From assembly GCA_016748015.1 (NCBI GenBank), contig JAAOMT010000201.1, forward strand, positions 318,224-382,223: a stretch of DNA of 64,000 bases, read 5' to 3'. The notes under the pieces are model-generated. The model did no database searches. It saw only the letters and a program-made list of their open reading frames with translations, and was not told the DNA's origin. Source of the DNA: Geosiphon pyriformis uo1 (lineage: Eukaryota; Fungi; Glomeromycota). Position 1 is the stretch's first letter, and each line of letters starts with the position of its first letter. A program made the translations under genes and the position numbers. Shown piece after piece: positions 46,899 through 60,200 of this stretch.

Positions 46899-48706
46899 CT
46901 ATACAATCACAGACCATTCGTGTGGTATCTCTCCATATTGTATTCCCATTAAAATGTCAACAAATCGTTTGGCCAGTGGTCCGGCGTTACTCGAGGGATC
47001 CTTAGGGTCCAAAGGAACCTTGATATTTTGATTGCGATAATGAATCTCTTTAATTGGACTTATGATGGCAGCAGTTCCAGCCCCAAACATCTCCAATAAG
47101 CGACCTTCTTCAGATGCTTTGACAATCTGAGGCATTGTGATCTTACGCTCTGATACTTTATATTCCCCCCATGATCGAGCAAGGACTAATATAGAATCTC
47201 GAGTTACTCCGGCCAGAATAGAACCATCAAGCGGTGGGGTGACAAGTTCAATCTCTTGATTAGAGAAATGAGTTAAAGAAGTTGACATTTCGGACATCAA
47301 TAACATGTTTATTCAGGAATTAGCATATAAATTACCGTTATCCTCATTCTTCCAATAAACAAAACAATTCATTGTGCCCACTTCAGTAACTTCATCATCA
47401 GGACCGAACAACCACAAATTCTGCTGATATCCTTTTAAGGCCGCTTCAACCTGTGGTTTTACGCACGGTGAATAATTACCTCCAATCTTGGCATCACCGG
47501 TACCTCCAGGCCATGCTCTAACGTTTTCAGTTGTTGCTAATAATTTGACGGCATCAAATCCTGTCTTATAATATGGACCAACTGGAGAGCATATAACAAA
47601 TAATAGAGCCTGCGAAGTTGGCCCCACTCCTAGAAATGGTTGAGTTCCAATAAGGGTTGGACGAATATATAATGAATAGCCACGTTCAGCTGGAATCCAA
47701 CGCTCATCAAGTCTAACCAAACTTTTTATACATTTGATCAATTCTCTTTCGTTAAATGTCTAAAAGGGCAAATTGAGATTAAAAGAGTATTTTCGGAAGC
47801 TATTTTCGAAATCCATAACTTTACGGAAAAGTTGGATATTAAAGTACCAACTAATGTCCTTTCATGTGACCATAAAATATTTTTAGATCGCACGCGGCAT
47901 GCTTCTTGTCTAGTAAAAAGTATTGAGAGCTGTGAAGCTCATTGATTCTCTCTAACTAACCAATAATTTGATTAAGTTGTGGGCTATCAGTCCCTTCCGA
48001 GCCAAAACTCGAAAAGGTTTACCCAATCAACATTTGTCACGGCTGTTTTAGAGGCCGCTGCCTCACACTGATTTGGCCAAACTACCTCGAGTTTGGCAAA
48101 GATTAAACTGGTAAGCTCATCTAAAGAGAAAGCTTACCGGCAAGGCTATTCTTGTCGCGGATTTTGTAAATCTCTTCATGTTCATGTCCGGTCTGAATAA
48201 TCTTACTCTCCCTTCCTTATCCTTGTAGGCTTTCATCCCTTCAAAACACTCAAAAGAATAGTGGAAAACGACGGAACTGGGTTCCAATGAGATTTTATCA
48301 TATGGTCTGATCCAAGGTTCTGACCATCCATGATCCGAATCCCATTCAATGGAAACCATATGATCAGTAAATTGTCGTCCAAATATAAGGTCTTTGTTTG
48401 GGGTTAATGATTTCGGTGACTCTATGCGTTGGATATGAAGTTTATCATGCTATTGACGAGACAAAAAGTAAACAAGACACGAAGTAAAATAGACCATATG
48501 CTGTCTAAGAAATAAACCGAGAACTTTGCTAAAAACTTTTTTTAGTGACTTACGTTAATTTCGGACTTTTGTTCATGGTTTGTGTTGATAGACAAAAATC
48601 TACTTGGGCGAATAAGTAATGAGCCAGTAGTTAGCCGCGAAAAGAGGAAGATAGTAGAGTTGCAGGTTCCCAGCCTTTGTCCCCTCAAAGCGAGAGAGGA
48701 AAGCAT
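46899..48706 (-). CDS. BAT1: Branched-chain amino acid aminotransferase (BAT1/BCAT family) with a probable mitochondrial presequence, 4 exons (48706-48554, 48449-48138, 47759-47336, 47254-46899)
   Basis: FGRQFTDHM, FEGMKAY, LYIRP, KIGGNY, EVGTMN, LAGVTRDS and FGAGTAA motifs. R/S/L-rich N-terminus. Confidence 0.95.
47760..48137 (-). ncRNA. Candidate structured RNA (possible H/ACA snoRNA or splicing control element) in BCAT intron 2
   Basis: 378-nt intron containing a series of inverted repeats and ANANNA/ACA-like boxes. No family recognised. Confidence 0.4.
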
Positions 48707-48960
48707 CTTAGTGTAAAAATCGAAGCTGAAATCATTAATCCTTTCTTTTGATTGAAAAAGTACGCATGATCATCAAGAAGATACAGATATATTATTACAA
48801 AATTATTTTCTATTTTAAAAAAAGGGCTTTCCTGAATAAGTTAAGAATTAAGCGTGCATCTTTGAGTGTTTTTTAAATTTGAGACAATGACAATTTATTT
48901 CGTACGGTTCGGAAGCCGGAACTGATCATTCACTTTGGAGCTTCACATGAAAAAAATCAA

Positions 48961-49033
48961 CGCCCCAACTAGGACTCGAACCTAGAACCTCCGCCTTAGG
49001 AGGGCGACGCCATATCCATTAGGCTATTGGGGC
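48961..49033 (-). tRNA. tRNA-Arg(CCU), intronless
   Basis: GCCCCAA/TTGGGGC acceptor stem, anticodon loop CT-CCT-AA, GGTTCGAGTCC T arm, downstream oligo-T Pol III terminator. Confidence 0.97.
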
Positions 49034-49252
49034 ATCTTCGAATCACCACTTAAACGCTGTTCCTGTCTATATAAATTTGGTTTGATTAATAATCGATACG
49101 CGATCACAATACTACCGCGTCTGCCGAAACTTTTCTCGAATTCCGAAAATTTCATAGTTAAGCTTTTTTCAAAGCTTTCAACCTATATTTAAAAGATCAG
49201 TATTGCCTTTTAACCCGTTGCTCCCACTTTTGATTTCCACAACGTCCTGTAA

Positions 49253-51140
49253 ATGAGCCTTTGGGTAGATAAGTACCGGCCAAAGTCGCTCAAAGAGTTG
49301 ACATATCACACAGAGCTTTCAGAAAGGCTAAAAACTTTGGTGAGTTTTCCAACACGTGATCTTTTGTGGGAAAGTTAGCTCATAAAAAGTTTTGAAAAAA
49401 GTGGAACTATTGAAAAGTAAAGAATGGTTATTTGATATATTTATAACGATAATTGCTCCCTAAATGACAAATTGGTAGAAATTATTGGAGACAATAACGC
49501 TTTTGTAATTATTATTTTTAAGGCATCTAATGAGGATTTTCCCCATTTGTTGGTTTATGGTCCTTCCGGCTCCGGAAAAAAGACGCGCATCAATTGCATA
49601 TTGAGAGAATTGTTTGGTGAGAGTGTCGAAAAGGTAAATATATAATGTGCCTTTTTTCTGTTCTATATTTTCAATTATCTTTGATGATTGAATGATATTA
49701 GTTAAAAGTGGATCAACGAGTGTTCGTCACCACGTCAAATCGTAAATTGCTTATCAATACCATTTCTAGCAATTATCATTTTGAAATGACACCAAGGTAA
49801 ATTTCAAAATTGATTTGGCTAAAATCGGTAAATTTGACTTTTTTTCTATAATTGCTTTAATTTTTTATTAGTGATATGGGGATGTACGATCGAGCTATTT
49901 TTACCGATTTGTTGAAAGAAATAGCACAAACGGCTCAACTTGATATCAATGCAAAGCAAGATTTTAAGGGTAGGAAGGGGAATCACTGATTTTTGCGCTG
50001 AAATCTTGTAACTTACAATATGAGTGTTTTAACTCTCTATAAAACAGTGGTCGCACTAATTGAAGCTGATTGTTTAACTAATGAAGCTCAAGCAGCACTT
50101 CGTCGTACTATGGAAAAGTATACGGCAACTCTACGGTTAATTCTTTGTTGCAACAGTTCTAGCAAAATTATCGCACCAATTAGAAGCAGATGTTTGTTGA
50201 TAAGGGTGGCCTCACCTTCAGTGAAAGAGGTCTGTCCAACATGTACCTGACTTGTTAAGTTTCACTCAAAATAGTCAAAGATCGTCTTAACAGATTGTGG
50301 CCGCTTTACAAGAAATCTCGAAAAAAGAAGAATTCCATTTGCCTGAGAAACTCGCCCAAAAAATTGCCACATCCTCAGAAGCGAATTTACGAAAAGCAAT
50401 CTTAATGTTGGAAACCCTCAAAATTTTTAGGTATTTCGAACAGGTTTTTTATTCACAATTCGATGATTTTAAACATTAAGATTTATCCATTATTAGTGGA
50501 GATAAAGCTTTATCGGGAAATGAAGAAATCATATTAATGGATTGGGAAGTTCATATCAATCAAATAGCTAGAGCTATTCTTGCAGATCAGAGCGAATCCA
50601 AGTCAGTAATCATCTTGGAATTTTTTATTAAATGACTTTAGCCTTATGATAATTGGAAATTGATTACAATCTCGTTGTTTTTAATAGTATAGAGCAGGTC
50701 CGCAAAATGTTTTATCAATTACTCATATCCTGTATTGAGCCCTCGCTCATTATAAAGGTAGTCTCTAGAATCACAATCTTCCGTTGCTTTTGACATTATA
50801 ACTTAAGTCAAACTCGAAATTATTGAGTAGAAGCTTGCCTTTGCCTTGACAAATATTATCAAAGACGATCTAAAACCAGAAATTATTATGGCTGCAGCTG
50901 ATTATGTAAGTATCGATTAAATATTATTGAATCGGAAATATACTAAATGTATTTTTTTTAGGAACACCGACTTCACTTAGGACAAAAAGCCATTTTTTAC
51001 CTTGAAGCTTTTGCTATCAATGTCATGCACACGTATAAAAGGTATTTCTTTGAATAGCATAAACATTCAAAAATTGATTCCTGACATGACATTTTGCGTT
51101 TTAACATAGCTACCAAAACCAAGAGATGTACGGATCGTGA
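49253..51140 (+). CDS. RFC5: Replication factor C small subunit (yeast Rfc5, human RFC3), multi-exon
   Basis: [28 protein letters not shown] (Walker A), [17 protein letters not shown] and [17 protein letters not shown]. Confidence 0.95.
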
Positions 51141-51554
51141 TTCATGGCTACTACAGGAAAAAGATCTGACTTTTTAGAGCGATTCATGGCTTCTCGACAA
51201 AAAATTCAATCTTGAAGAATAAAAATATTTCACTTTTTGAATTTTTGATATCAAAGCGAAAGCCACTAGTATTTGCAGTACGATTTAGTAATTGAAAATT
51301 TTCGCCAAGAAAATTCTGTTTAACATTGCCTAATATAAAAGTTATTTTGATACGGTGTAACATCCAAAAGCTCAGTCAGTATAGCACTCAACACGATAAG
51401 CCCTAAATTACTCCGCTGGCCTTTAAGTGTATAAAGTGAAAAGGCGGATTTAGTGAGATCCTCCCTCTAAGTTGTTTGAAGAGTTGGTTTCTTGGTCTTG
51501 AAAGTAAAATAAAGATATTCTACTTGAGGCTATAGTACCAATTTCCAGAAAACT

Positions 51555-52646
51555 ATGTCGGGAAAGCAATCTCTTTTCGGAGTTCCTTACAAATATCTCA
51601 GTCTGATAACTTTGATTGTTCAGAACAGCACTTTGGTGATTGTGATGCACTATTCACGGGTGAAATCTGATAAAGACCACCAATATTTTACCTCTACAGC
51701 CGTGTTTCTCGGTGAACTTATCAAGCTGATAATATCAGTGTTCTTTGCTATTCGCACACAAATTTTAGATAAAGGCAGCTGGTCTCTTTCAGACTTATAC
51801 TATGACATATTTTCCCACGATGCTTGGAAGTTAATGATACCGGCCGCACTTTACACAGTTCAAAATAATTTGCAGTATGTGGCAATCAGTCTAATTGACG
51901 CTGGCACATTTGCAGTAACCTATCAATTAAAAATCCTGACAACAGCATTATTCTCTGTGATAATGCTTAAACGATCTCTGAGCGGATTAAAATGGATATC
52001 CTTGATTTTACTTACCCTTGGCGTCGCCCTTGTACAACTAGATGCTGTAGCAAATACCAGTGCAGATAAACTAGATGATGATAATATGGAAAGATTTGTT
52101 GGACTTGGAGCTGTTTTTGTTGCATGTATAATCTCTGGAATCGCTGGTGTATATTTCGAAAAGGTATTAAAGGGCACTCAGGCATCAGTTTGGACTCGTA
52201 ACGTGCAATTATCATTTTTTTCGCTATTTACTGCTTTGATTATGGGCGTATGGTGGAAAGACGGTGCGGACGTGATAGAAAAAGGTTTCTTTTTTGGTTA
52301 CAATATAGTAGTTTGGAGTGCGATATCTTGTTCTGCTATCGGTGGATTAATAGTGGCCTTAGTAGTCAAATACGCTGATAATATTCTCAAGGGATTTGCT
52401 ACCTCAATCTCAATTATTCTTTCGTTCTCGGCCTCATTGGTGTTTTTCGACGATTCGAAGTTTTCAATCTCATTTTTATTAGGAGCGATCTTTGTATTAG
52501 GTGCTACTTATATGTACAGTATGCCAGATCTCTCCCCAAAAGAGACAGTTCACAATCAGGCTGGACAATTGCCAACGGCTGCATATCACAAAGTTGAGGA
52601 TGATCAAGAGGATGAAGATACATCTGCTCAAGGCGATTGGAAGTGA
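51555..52646 (+). CDS. Nucleotide-sugar (UDP-galactose type, SLC35A/Gms1-like) Golgi transporter, intronless
   Basis: IPAALYTVQNNLQYVA, YQLKILTTALFSV, AGVYFEKVLK and VVKYADNILKGFATS. Confidence 0.93.
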   Translation: MSGKQSLFGVPYKYLSLITLIVQNSTLVIVMHYSRVKSDKDHQYFTSTAVFLGELIKLIISVFFAIRTQILDKGSWSLSDLYYDIFSHDAWKLMIPAALYTVQNNLQYVAISLIDAGTFAVTYQLKILTTALFSVIMLKRSLSGLKWISLILLTLGVALVQLDAVANTSADKLDDDNMERFVGLGAVFVACIISGIAGVYFEKVLKGTQASVWTRNVQLSFFSLFTALIMGVWWKDGADVIEKGFFFGYNIVVWSAISCSAIGGLIVALVVKYADNILKGFATSISIILSFSASLVFFDDSKFSISFLLGAIFVLGATYMYSMPDLSPKETVHNQAGQLPTAAYHKVEDDQEDEDTSAQGDWK

Positions 52647-53149
52647 TGGATGCGCAAAAGTAAATCAGAACGAGGCTCGTTTCAAAATAACCGACTGATT
52701 CCGAGGCTATTTTAAGGTCGTTTCTTAACACCCCAAGCTCTAAAAATTTAATGGTGGGTTCTATGTACTCTGATGCTTCTAAGGTGATCAAAAGGATAAT
52801 CATTGAGATTAATGGAAAAGGTTGTGATTTTCAAAAAGGACCCATATTTTGACAATAATAGACCATATCTCAGTTCTGGTATATGTTAAGTTAAAAGAGT
52901 ATTTTGTAAATTAATTATTCTAGACCCGATGTATATTGATTTATTATGGGGTTTTGAAAAAGCGAAGGATCTAAGGTGATCTAAAATTCCTTTATTTTGA
53001 GAATTTAAGGAATTAGTTTGGAAAAAGTTGTATCCACGCCTTTGAACTTGTATTATATAATTTGGGTCGTTCCATATCAAGAAATTAAATTGTATAATTA
53101 TGGTATTTAAGCTATCAACTTTGAACCATTTAAACTGTAACACAAATTA

Positions 53150-54275
53150 GTTTTCTATAGCTTCAATTTTTAAATAATGACCAAATCTATTTTTAATTAT
53201 TGAGCTTTATTATCAATGTAATAATAGAAATAATTGTTTTCATTTTGTAATTTCATATGCTAAATTGTTATGAAATATTGTTTCATTATTATTATTATTA
53301 TTATTATATTATATTATGTTTAATGTTTAATTAATTATTTTCTTTATTTTTAAGAACAATTGTCGGAAAAAGTATCTTTTTATAAAACTAAAAAGATTCA
53401 CATTTTTTAAAGTTTTTAAATTTTAGATTTTTATTATTACTTAATATTGTTTAAATCAATGCTTTTTTATTTATATCTCTTTTAAAATAAATAATCATGT
53501 TTAATAATTAATTTTAAAATAATAATAATTTATTGGTCGTTTTATGTTATTTTTACAATTAAATTTTAATATAAAATATATTAATTTTGTAATATTGTTT
53601 AAAATTAAACATATTTTAATTATTTAAAGTTGATTAAAATAAATTATTTATTATGCTTAAAAATATTTATTAATATTATAATGTTTTTGTTAAAATAAGC
53701 TAATAAAACCTAAACTAAAAAAATCAAATTCAAAAAATAGCAATTGAATTAATTAAATTAAAATTTTATTAGAGTTTCTAATATAAATTTTAATAATGCA
53801 ATTTTATATTATAATAAAACAATTTTTTGGTATTAAAAAATATATTTATACAAATCTATTGTTGTAGTAAGTTTAATATTAAAGTTATTTTGAAAAAAGT
53901 GAAAAACATCTGAATAACTTAATTGGTTAATTATATTTAGAAAAAAGTTTAATAAAAATTAAAATAATTAAAAAAATAAAAAAACTAATTTTAAATAGTC
54001 TTTTATTATTTTTTTGTAATTAAATTATTTGTAAACAATATAATTTAAATAAAAACAGCCATATTAAATAATAATAATATGTTTAAAAAGCTGTTTAATT
54101 ATAAATTTGTTAATTTATATATATTAAAATAAAAATTTATAAGCTTGTTCTTAAATTAAATAAATCAAAAATTAGTTTGTTCAATTATTATTTAAAAAAT
54201 TTGAGCTTATCATAAAAAATATTAGTTTTTAATTTATTGTTTATGACATAAATATATTTGTATTTAATTTAATTT
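53150..54275. other. Extremely AT-rich spacer
   Basis: Low complexity, no ORFs. Confidence 0.75.
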
Positions 54276-57200
54276 TTTTTTTTAGTTTTACAAATACAGT
54301 CTAACTATTATCTAATTTACAAAAACAAACAAGTAAATTAAATTAAACATAGCTTATGCATTTTTTACATGTAACCAGCCACTCAGACCAATTAAAACAG
54401 CATTATATATCTATAAAAACTTTCACACTATTGTCCAAATTAAAAAAAACAAACATGGTTTACATAAACCAAAACTAACAGCAAAAAACTCAACAATACT
54501 AAGCAAATAAACTATTTCTTTAGATATTGTATTGAACAGACCACATAACAAACTAGACACTATTCTTATATTACAAACTAAATTACTTTTTTCTATATTT
54601 GTCTTAAACTTAAATCTCAACAGCCATAACTTATTATAATGCTTATCTACTATATAGTAAATAAAGTCAACCACTATTAAAACAGCTCTTTTTCTATTCT
54701 TAAAAATAAACACTACTTTTTTTATTCATTTTTTGAAAACAAAACTTTTGTACAAGACTGTATAAACACTAACATCTAAAGCATCCAGAAAAAAAATTTA
54801 TAACACTAAGGATAATAATGGAAAGCATTTCTTTATCAAGAATTTTCACAAGCCAATATGGTCAGAGATAATATCAGAGCACACAAAGACATTCTTTGAA
54901 CAAGTAAAAACATAATCAGGCAATTTAATATTATTACACATCAAACACAAAACACTTGAGTAATTTTTATTATATAGTCTCTTGTAAACAACAACTAACA
55001 ATTTTCTATAAATGGCTTTTATCATATATATATACAAAGAAGCTGACTTTTTACTAGTAAATCTGACCAGTATGTGAGAGTTCAGATGCCAAATTAAGGC
55101 AATAAAATTTCAATTTACATATTAAATGAATAAACTATTTAAGACATCTACACTAGGGCTTGCTTTCCATAAAGTCTAACAAACAATCTAATAAATATCA
55201 CAAACAAAATAGTGAATGTTGTTCAAAATTACCTAATTATTCATTACAAAAACCTTTTCATAAACTCCAATAGAAAAAACCAAACGTGACTATGCTGCCA
55301 CACAGACAAAAATATCAGCCTAGTCATTACCAACATCTTCTAAATGGCTTTTTACTTTTATCTATTTTATAAAAATGTCTTTTAACTTTATTAAATTAGC
55401 TATATGATGTTTTTTCATCCAATATTTGTTCTAGAAGTCAAACCAACATAAATTGTATTCCAATAAACATGCATCCAAAGCTGTTTGGCTATTTGTATAT
55501 AAGATCACTAAACAAAATAAAAAAATATATTTTAGGACCAAGACAATTACTTGTAATTTTGACAATATTGAAGACAACAAACCATCTATATTAATACTCA
55601 CACCCAAACCAATATTAAAGAAATAAGCTGTCATCCTATAAACAACCTTTAATGTTTTCAGATTTTTCAAAAAACCATTAATATAAATATTAACTGCTCT
55701 AGTTCATATCTTGTGCAATCATTTATGTACTTCCAAGAACTTATTTAAGCAGAAAAAATTTGAACAGTTTAAACCAGTGGCACTTTTATTAGATTTTACA
55801 AAAAAATTATTCATATATACCAAAGTTTTTTTAAATCACAAAGGTATTGGATCTCTTAAATTCAACTTCTTTTAACACCTAAAAGTTTTCTAATCTATGA
55901 TCAAACTATGCTTGTTTAGCAAAATATTTTCAAAAGCAAAACCAAAACATTTCAAAGAATATACCACATCAAAATAATAAACATTTTCCAATATCTTGGA
56001 TATTAGAAAATGGCCAGATCTATGAAATATATTAAGTAAATTATTAATCAAAGAGACCTCAATATTTAAAAAAATTTTTATGATGCCAGCTAAAAAGTTA
56101 TTCTTTGGGTCAACTTTTAACTTGATGAAAAACTGCAAAGAGTTTAAAAGTGTCTATCTCAAAACTTACAAATCTAAAGTACAGTGCTCGAACAATCAAC
56201 CAAGAATTTCAACAGCATTAGAAAATTCAACTACCAAAGCAATTTTGGCTTCAGCCTAAATTTGCTCAAAAAACTTCAAATCATACAAAGATAAGTAGTG
56301 TAAAGCCTTATTGGGAAAGTTTCTTGGCAAGTTAATCTTAGATCTGAGTTCTTTTTTTATTATAACATCCTATTTATAATATATACTCTTAAACATAAAG
56401 CTGAACTGTATTCAGTAACTAACTATAAACCACAAAACCATCAAAACTAAATAAGAAAACTGTTTATTTAATACTGTCTTTTTGAGGACCAAATTCAAAA
56501 AGAACCTAATATCTGAATAAATTTTAGCAAGACTTGGCTCAAACAAGCCCTCTGTTGACAAAAAAATACCCAAATATCTGTAAAATACATCATGTTTGGC
56601 TATAGAAATTGGCTAACCACTAATATACAAAAAGATTTCAGCTATTTTTTGGTTAATGAGGATTGTCATTGTCTTATTATTATTAATAAAAATATCATTA
56701 ATACTAAATAATTTACTTATGATATTCAAAATGTATTGTGTCAAAGTCTGGCTATTCTTCACTTATATTGTATTATCAACAAAAGCACTTATTACAAAGA
56801 ATAAGAATTTGCCTCTGTTAATCTTTACTCTGTTTGTTTTTGTCATAAAATTAGAGTTGATCTTATATTCACATAAATATTTATGTCTCTTAACTTTATA
56901 CAACAAAGAATCATAAAAAATCCCTCAAAGAAGTAATGAAAAAATCTTATCTTAATCTAGCTTATTATGTATCTTGTAATCATTTAAAAAGCCAAAATTA
57001 GTCATTACTTTGTTAACTCTGTTTTTATAAATATTTCAAAAAATCTGATAAACCTATTATACATTTTAATATGCTTTAAATTTGATCTCAAATGATGCCA
57101 ATTAATTAAATTGTAAGCTTTGCACATGTCTTACAGAACCAACCAGATTTTCTGATCTTTTTCTAAAGTATCTTCAACTATTAAGCCAACAACAAACACC

Positions 57201-60200
57201 AAAAACTAAGTTAAAGTATTTTTTAGGACTGAAAAATTATCTTCATAAAAAATATTAAGCTTGCTACAAACAGACAAAATCTGATCTGATAAAATTTTAA
57301 ACAAAATTTTTTTTGCAGTTTCAATTAAAATAATGGAGCAGATGTTGATCAAAATGTCATTCTATTTGTAAGACTTAGAAATCATTAAAATCCATGCTTT
57401 TTTCTATAGATCTAGAACATTACCAAGTTTTAAACATGAATTCAACAGAACCAAGAGACATTTTATTAATTCATTACCACAGTGCTTCTATAGCTTATTT
57501 GATATGCCAAAAAGACTAGTGGCTTTGTCTTTAGACAATCCACTTATTACCAGAACCAATTCTTCTAAGCTAACATTATTTATAATACCAGAAAACACAT
57601 TATCTCTTATATACTCTAAAGATACATATTGACAAGTCTACAAATCAGGCATAATCAAAGAAATCATGTGTTTTTTTATTTAATTTATCATAATACTGTC
57701 AACTTCAGATCTTATTTTTTCAATTGCTTTCTTGATAGCTATATCTCTAGCCACTTTTGATTTATACTACTTGAACTTTTTATATATCTTTTTAATTAAT
57801 AACAATTTTTTAATAGTTTTTATTAAAGATACACTATTCTGAATCATAAAATCAATCTTGAAAGCTTTTTTGCTGTTAATTATTCACCATTTTTTGAGAA
57901 AACATTTATACTTAAACCTGTTATCTACTTTTAATTTCTTTATAATCTTAGCTACAAGTAATTTCAGCCCAAAAAACTTTAATAACTGTTTATTTTTCAA
58001 ACACTCAAATTCACTAAATCAATGTTTAGCAAAAGTAGCATTAGCTAAACTTATTATTACTTTTTTTACCTCATTCTATATGGCATTCAAATTGCCAAAG
58101 ACTTTTGTATTCAAAAATCTATCTATAATTATTAAAAATTTGGTTGAAACACACTTCTTAAAATAGGTCTATTTGATATCATCCACATCTTTAATATTGA
58201 ACTTCCAGTAATTTTTGTTTGTCTGTTTGCAAATGTTATTAAAATTTGCATCCAAAAAACTTTTCAACCCAACCAAAACCAAAACTGTCTTATAATCTGT
58301 GTCAAAAAATTCAGATATAGAGCCAACTTTGTGTATTAGAACTGTTAACAACAAATTCTTACTAACAAAAATATAGTTAATAATCTTTTTAGCTTCTCTG
58401 GAGTTATTTTAAGTAAGAATCTTAGCTAAAAAGTATTTTTTAAGTGAATTAATTAGACCCAAATCCAAATATTTCTTGAAATTTACACTTTTCTTAGAAC
58501 TTTTTTATTGAAATTACCACTCAGAACCACAAAAGAGCTAGAATTGATTGTCTTAAAAATTATAGAGTTGATACTTGAAGTTTGGCCAAACTATGTGCCA
58601 ACAAATACACCAGCATATAAACCTAGTATTGTAACTAAAAGCTTGTTTTTGAACAAAAAATGTATTGAAATTAATTGACCCAGAATTTCATCTATTTTTG
58701 AAATATGTTGAGCCAAAAAATTATTTATAATTATAGCAACATCAACACCAAAAAAGCCCTTATCCAAACTAGAAGTAAAAATCTGAATCCTATCAAACTT
58801 ATTTATGATCCATAACCTAATTTTAGATTTTAACTTTGTTTTAGTAATAATAGAAACTATGTTACCTGAATCTACATGTCAATAAACAATGTTTTTCTGC
58901 TTAACAGAGACATTAAAACCTTTAATATTACAAGTAGCAATCTTCTAAATCGGATCTGTTATTTAAAAAAAAGATCTTTCACACTCAAATTAAAATTGTC
59001 TATCTTAATTATTAGGCCCATAACTATAGTTAAAAAATTGTTCATATTTACTTCCAACTTTAAAACAATTGATTTATCTAAAACCACTGTTTTTACAACA
59101 GTCTTACTATAAGTGATTATACTTAAACTTTTATTTATAACTGTATCTGTTTTTTGATTCTGTAATAAAGAGATTACTAATAGCTAATATTCAGGACTAG
59201 ACTGGAAAACCATTAGCCCAAGTGTGTCCAATTTTTTAGCCAACTTGTTAACTTTCTCTGTAAGGCTAGCAAAACTGTGCTCAAAAATAGCAAACTTATT
59301 ACTTATATCCAAAAAAACCAATAGAAAAGATTTAATATTCAAAGATAAACCAGTACTAAAAAGAATAAAAAGCACCATGTAAGAAAAAAAACCATTAACA
59401 ATTTGAGCCCAAGTTCTTTCTTTAAAAGACACTGGACAGACAATTGGTGTTTGCTTCTTTTTATAAATATTAGCCAAACAAATTTGATCCTGTAAAATCA
59501 CCAACTGTTTATTATAACTGCCAGAATTTTTACTTATAGAACACATACCAGAAATATGACTGAATTGTTTACACTAAGCACAACAAATCAAAGAAAAACC
59601 AGTTCAATACAAATTCAAATTCTTAAAAACCAGAATAGAACTAATAACAATAGTTTTAGATGTCTGATCAGCAAAAAAAACCACAGCACACTTGTTATGC
59701 ACATATAAGCTTGGATTACAGCCAATACAATAAGTTTTCCCACCATATAATTTCAATAGACCAAAAAAATTATGAGCATTGGTGCCAACTGACAAAGTAT
59801 ACAACAAAGTCCAATGTATATTTCTAAATACTTATGATTGTTTATTATTGATTGCTAAAGTCACATACACAGAATTTTTTCTTATGAGAACTGACTATTT
59901 AAAAGCAACCAATCTAGCAACATCCAATAATTTAAACTTCACTAATGTTTTTTGCCAAAAACCAATCAATTGTAATTTAATTAAAGCAATCTTCCCAAAT
60001 TTGGAAAAGACTGATTCTATTGCTGATTTAGGAAAATCTACTAAAATTTTCTTAACAATCATCTTTTGATCTGTATAGTTATTTCTTTTTTTTATATTAT
60101 TATTAACTAAAATTTTCTTATTAATAGTTATTTCCTTAGCTTTTTTTAAACTTAACTCAAATGTGAAAGAAGATCTAATTATTTTTGAGAATTTTGAGGA

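Noticed and set aside
47760-48137. TPP riboswitch or telomerase RNA in the BCAT intron
   Set aside because: There is no CUGAGA / CCUGAU..GCGUAGG core and no CUAACCCU template on either strand.
45649-48706. ureF plus BCAT as a nitrogen-metabolism gene cluster, or ureF as a bacterial transfer
   Set aside because: The genes are convergent, their neighbours are unrelated housekeeping genes, there is no urease or ureD/ureG, and ureF has an intron and a eukaryotic-type sequence.
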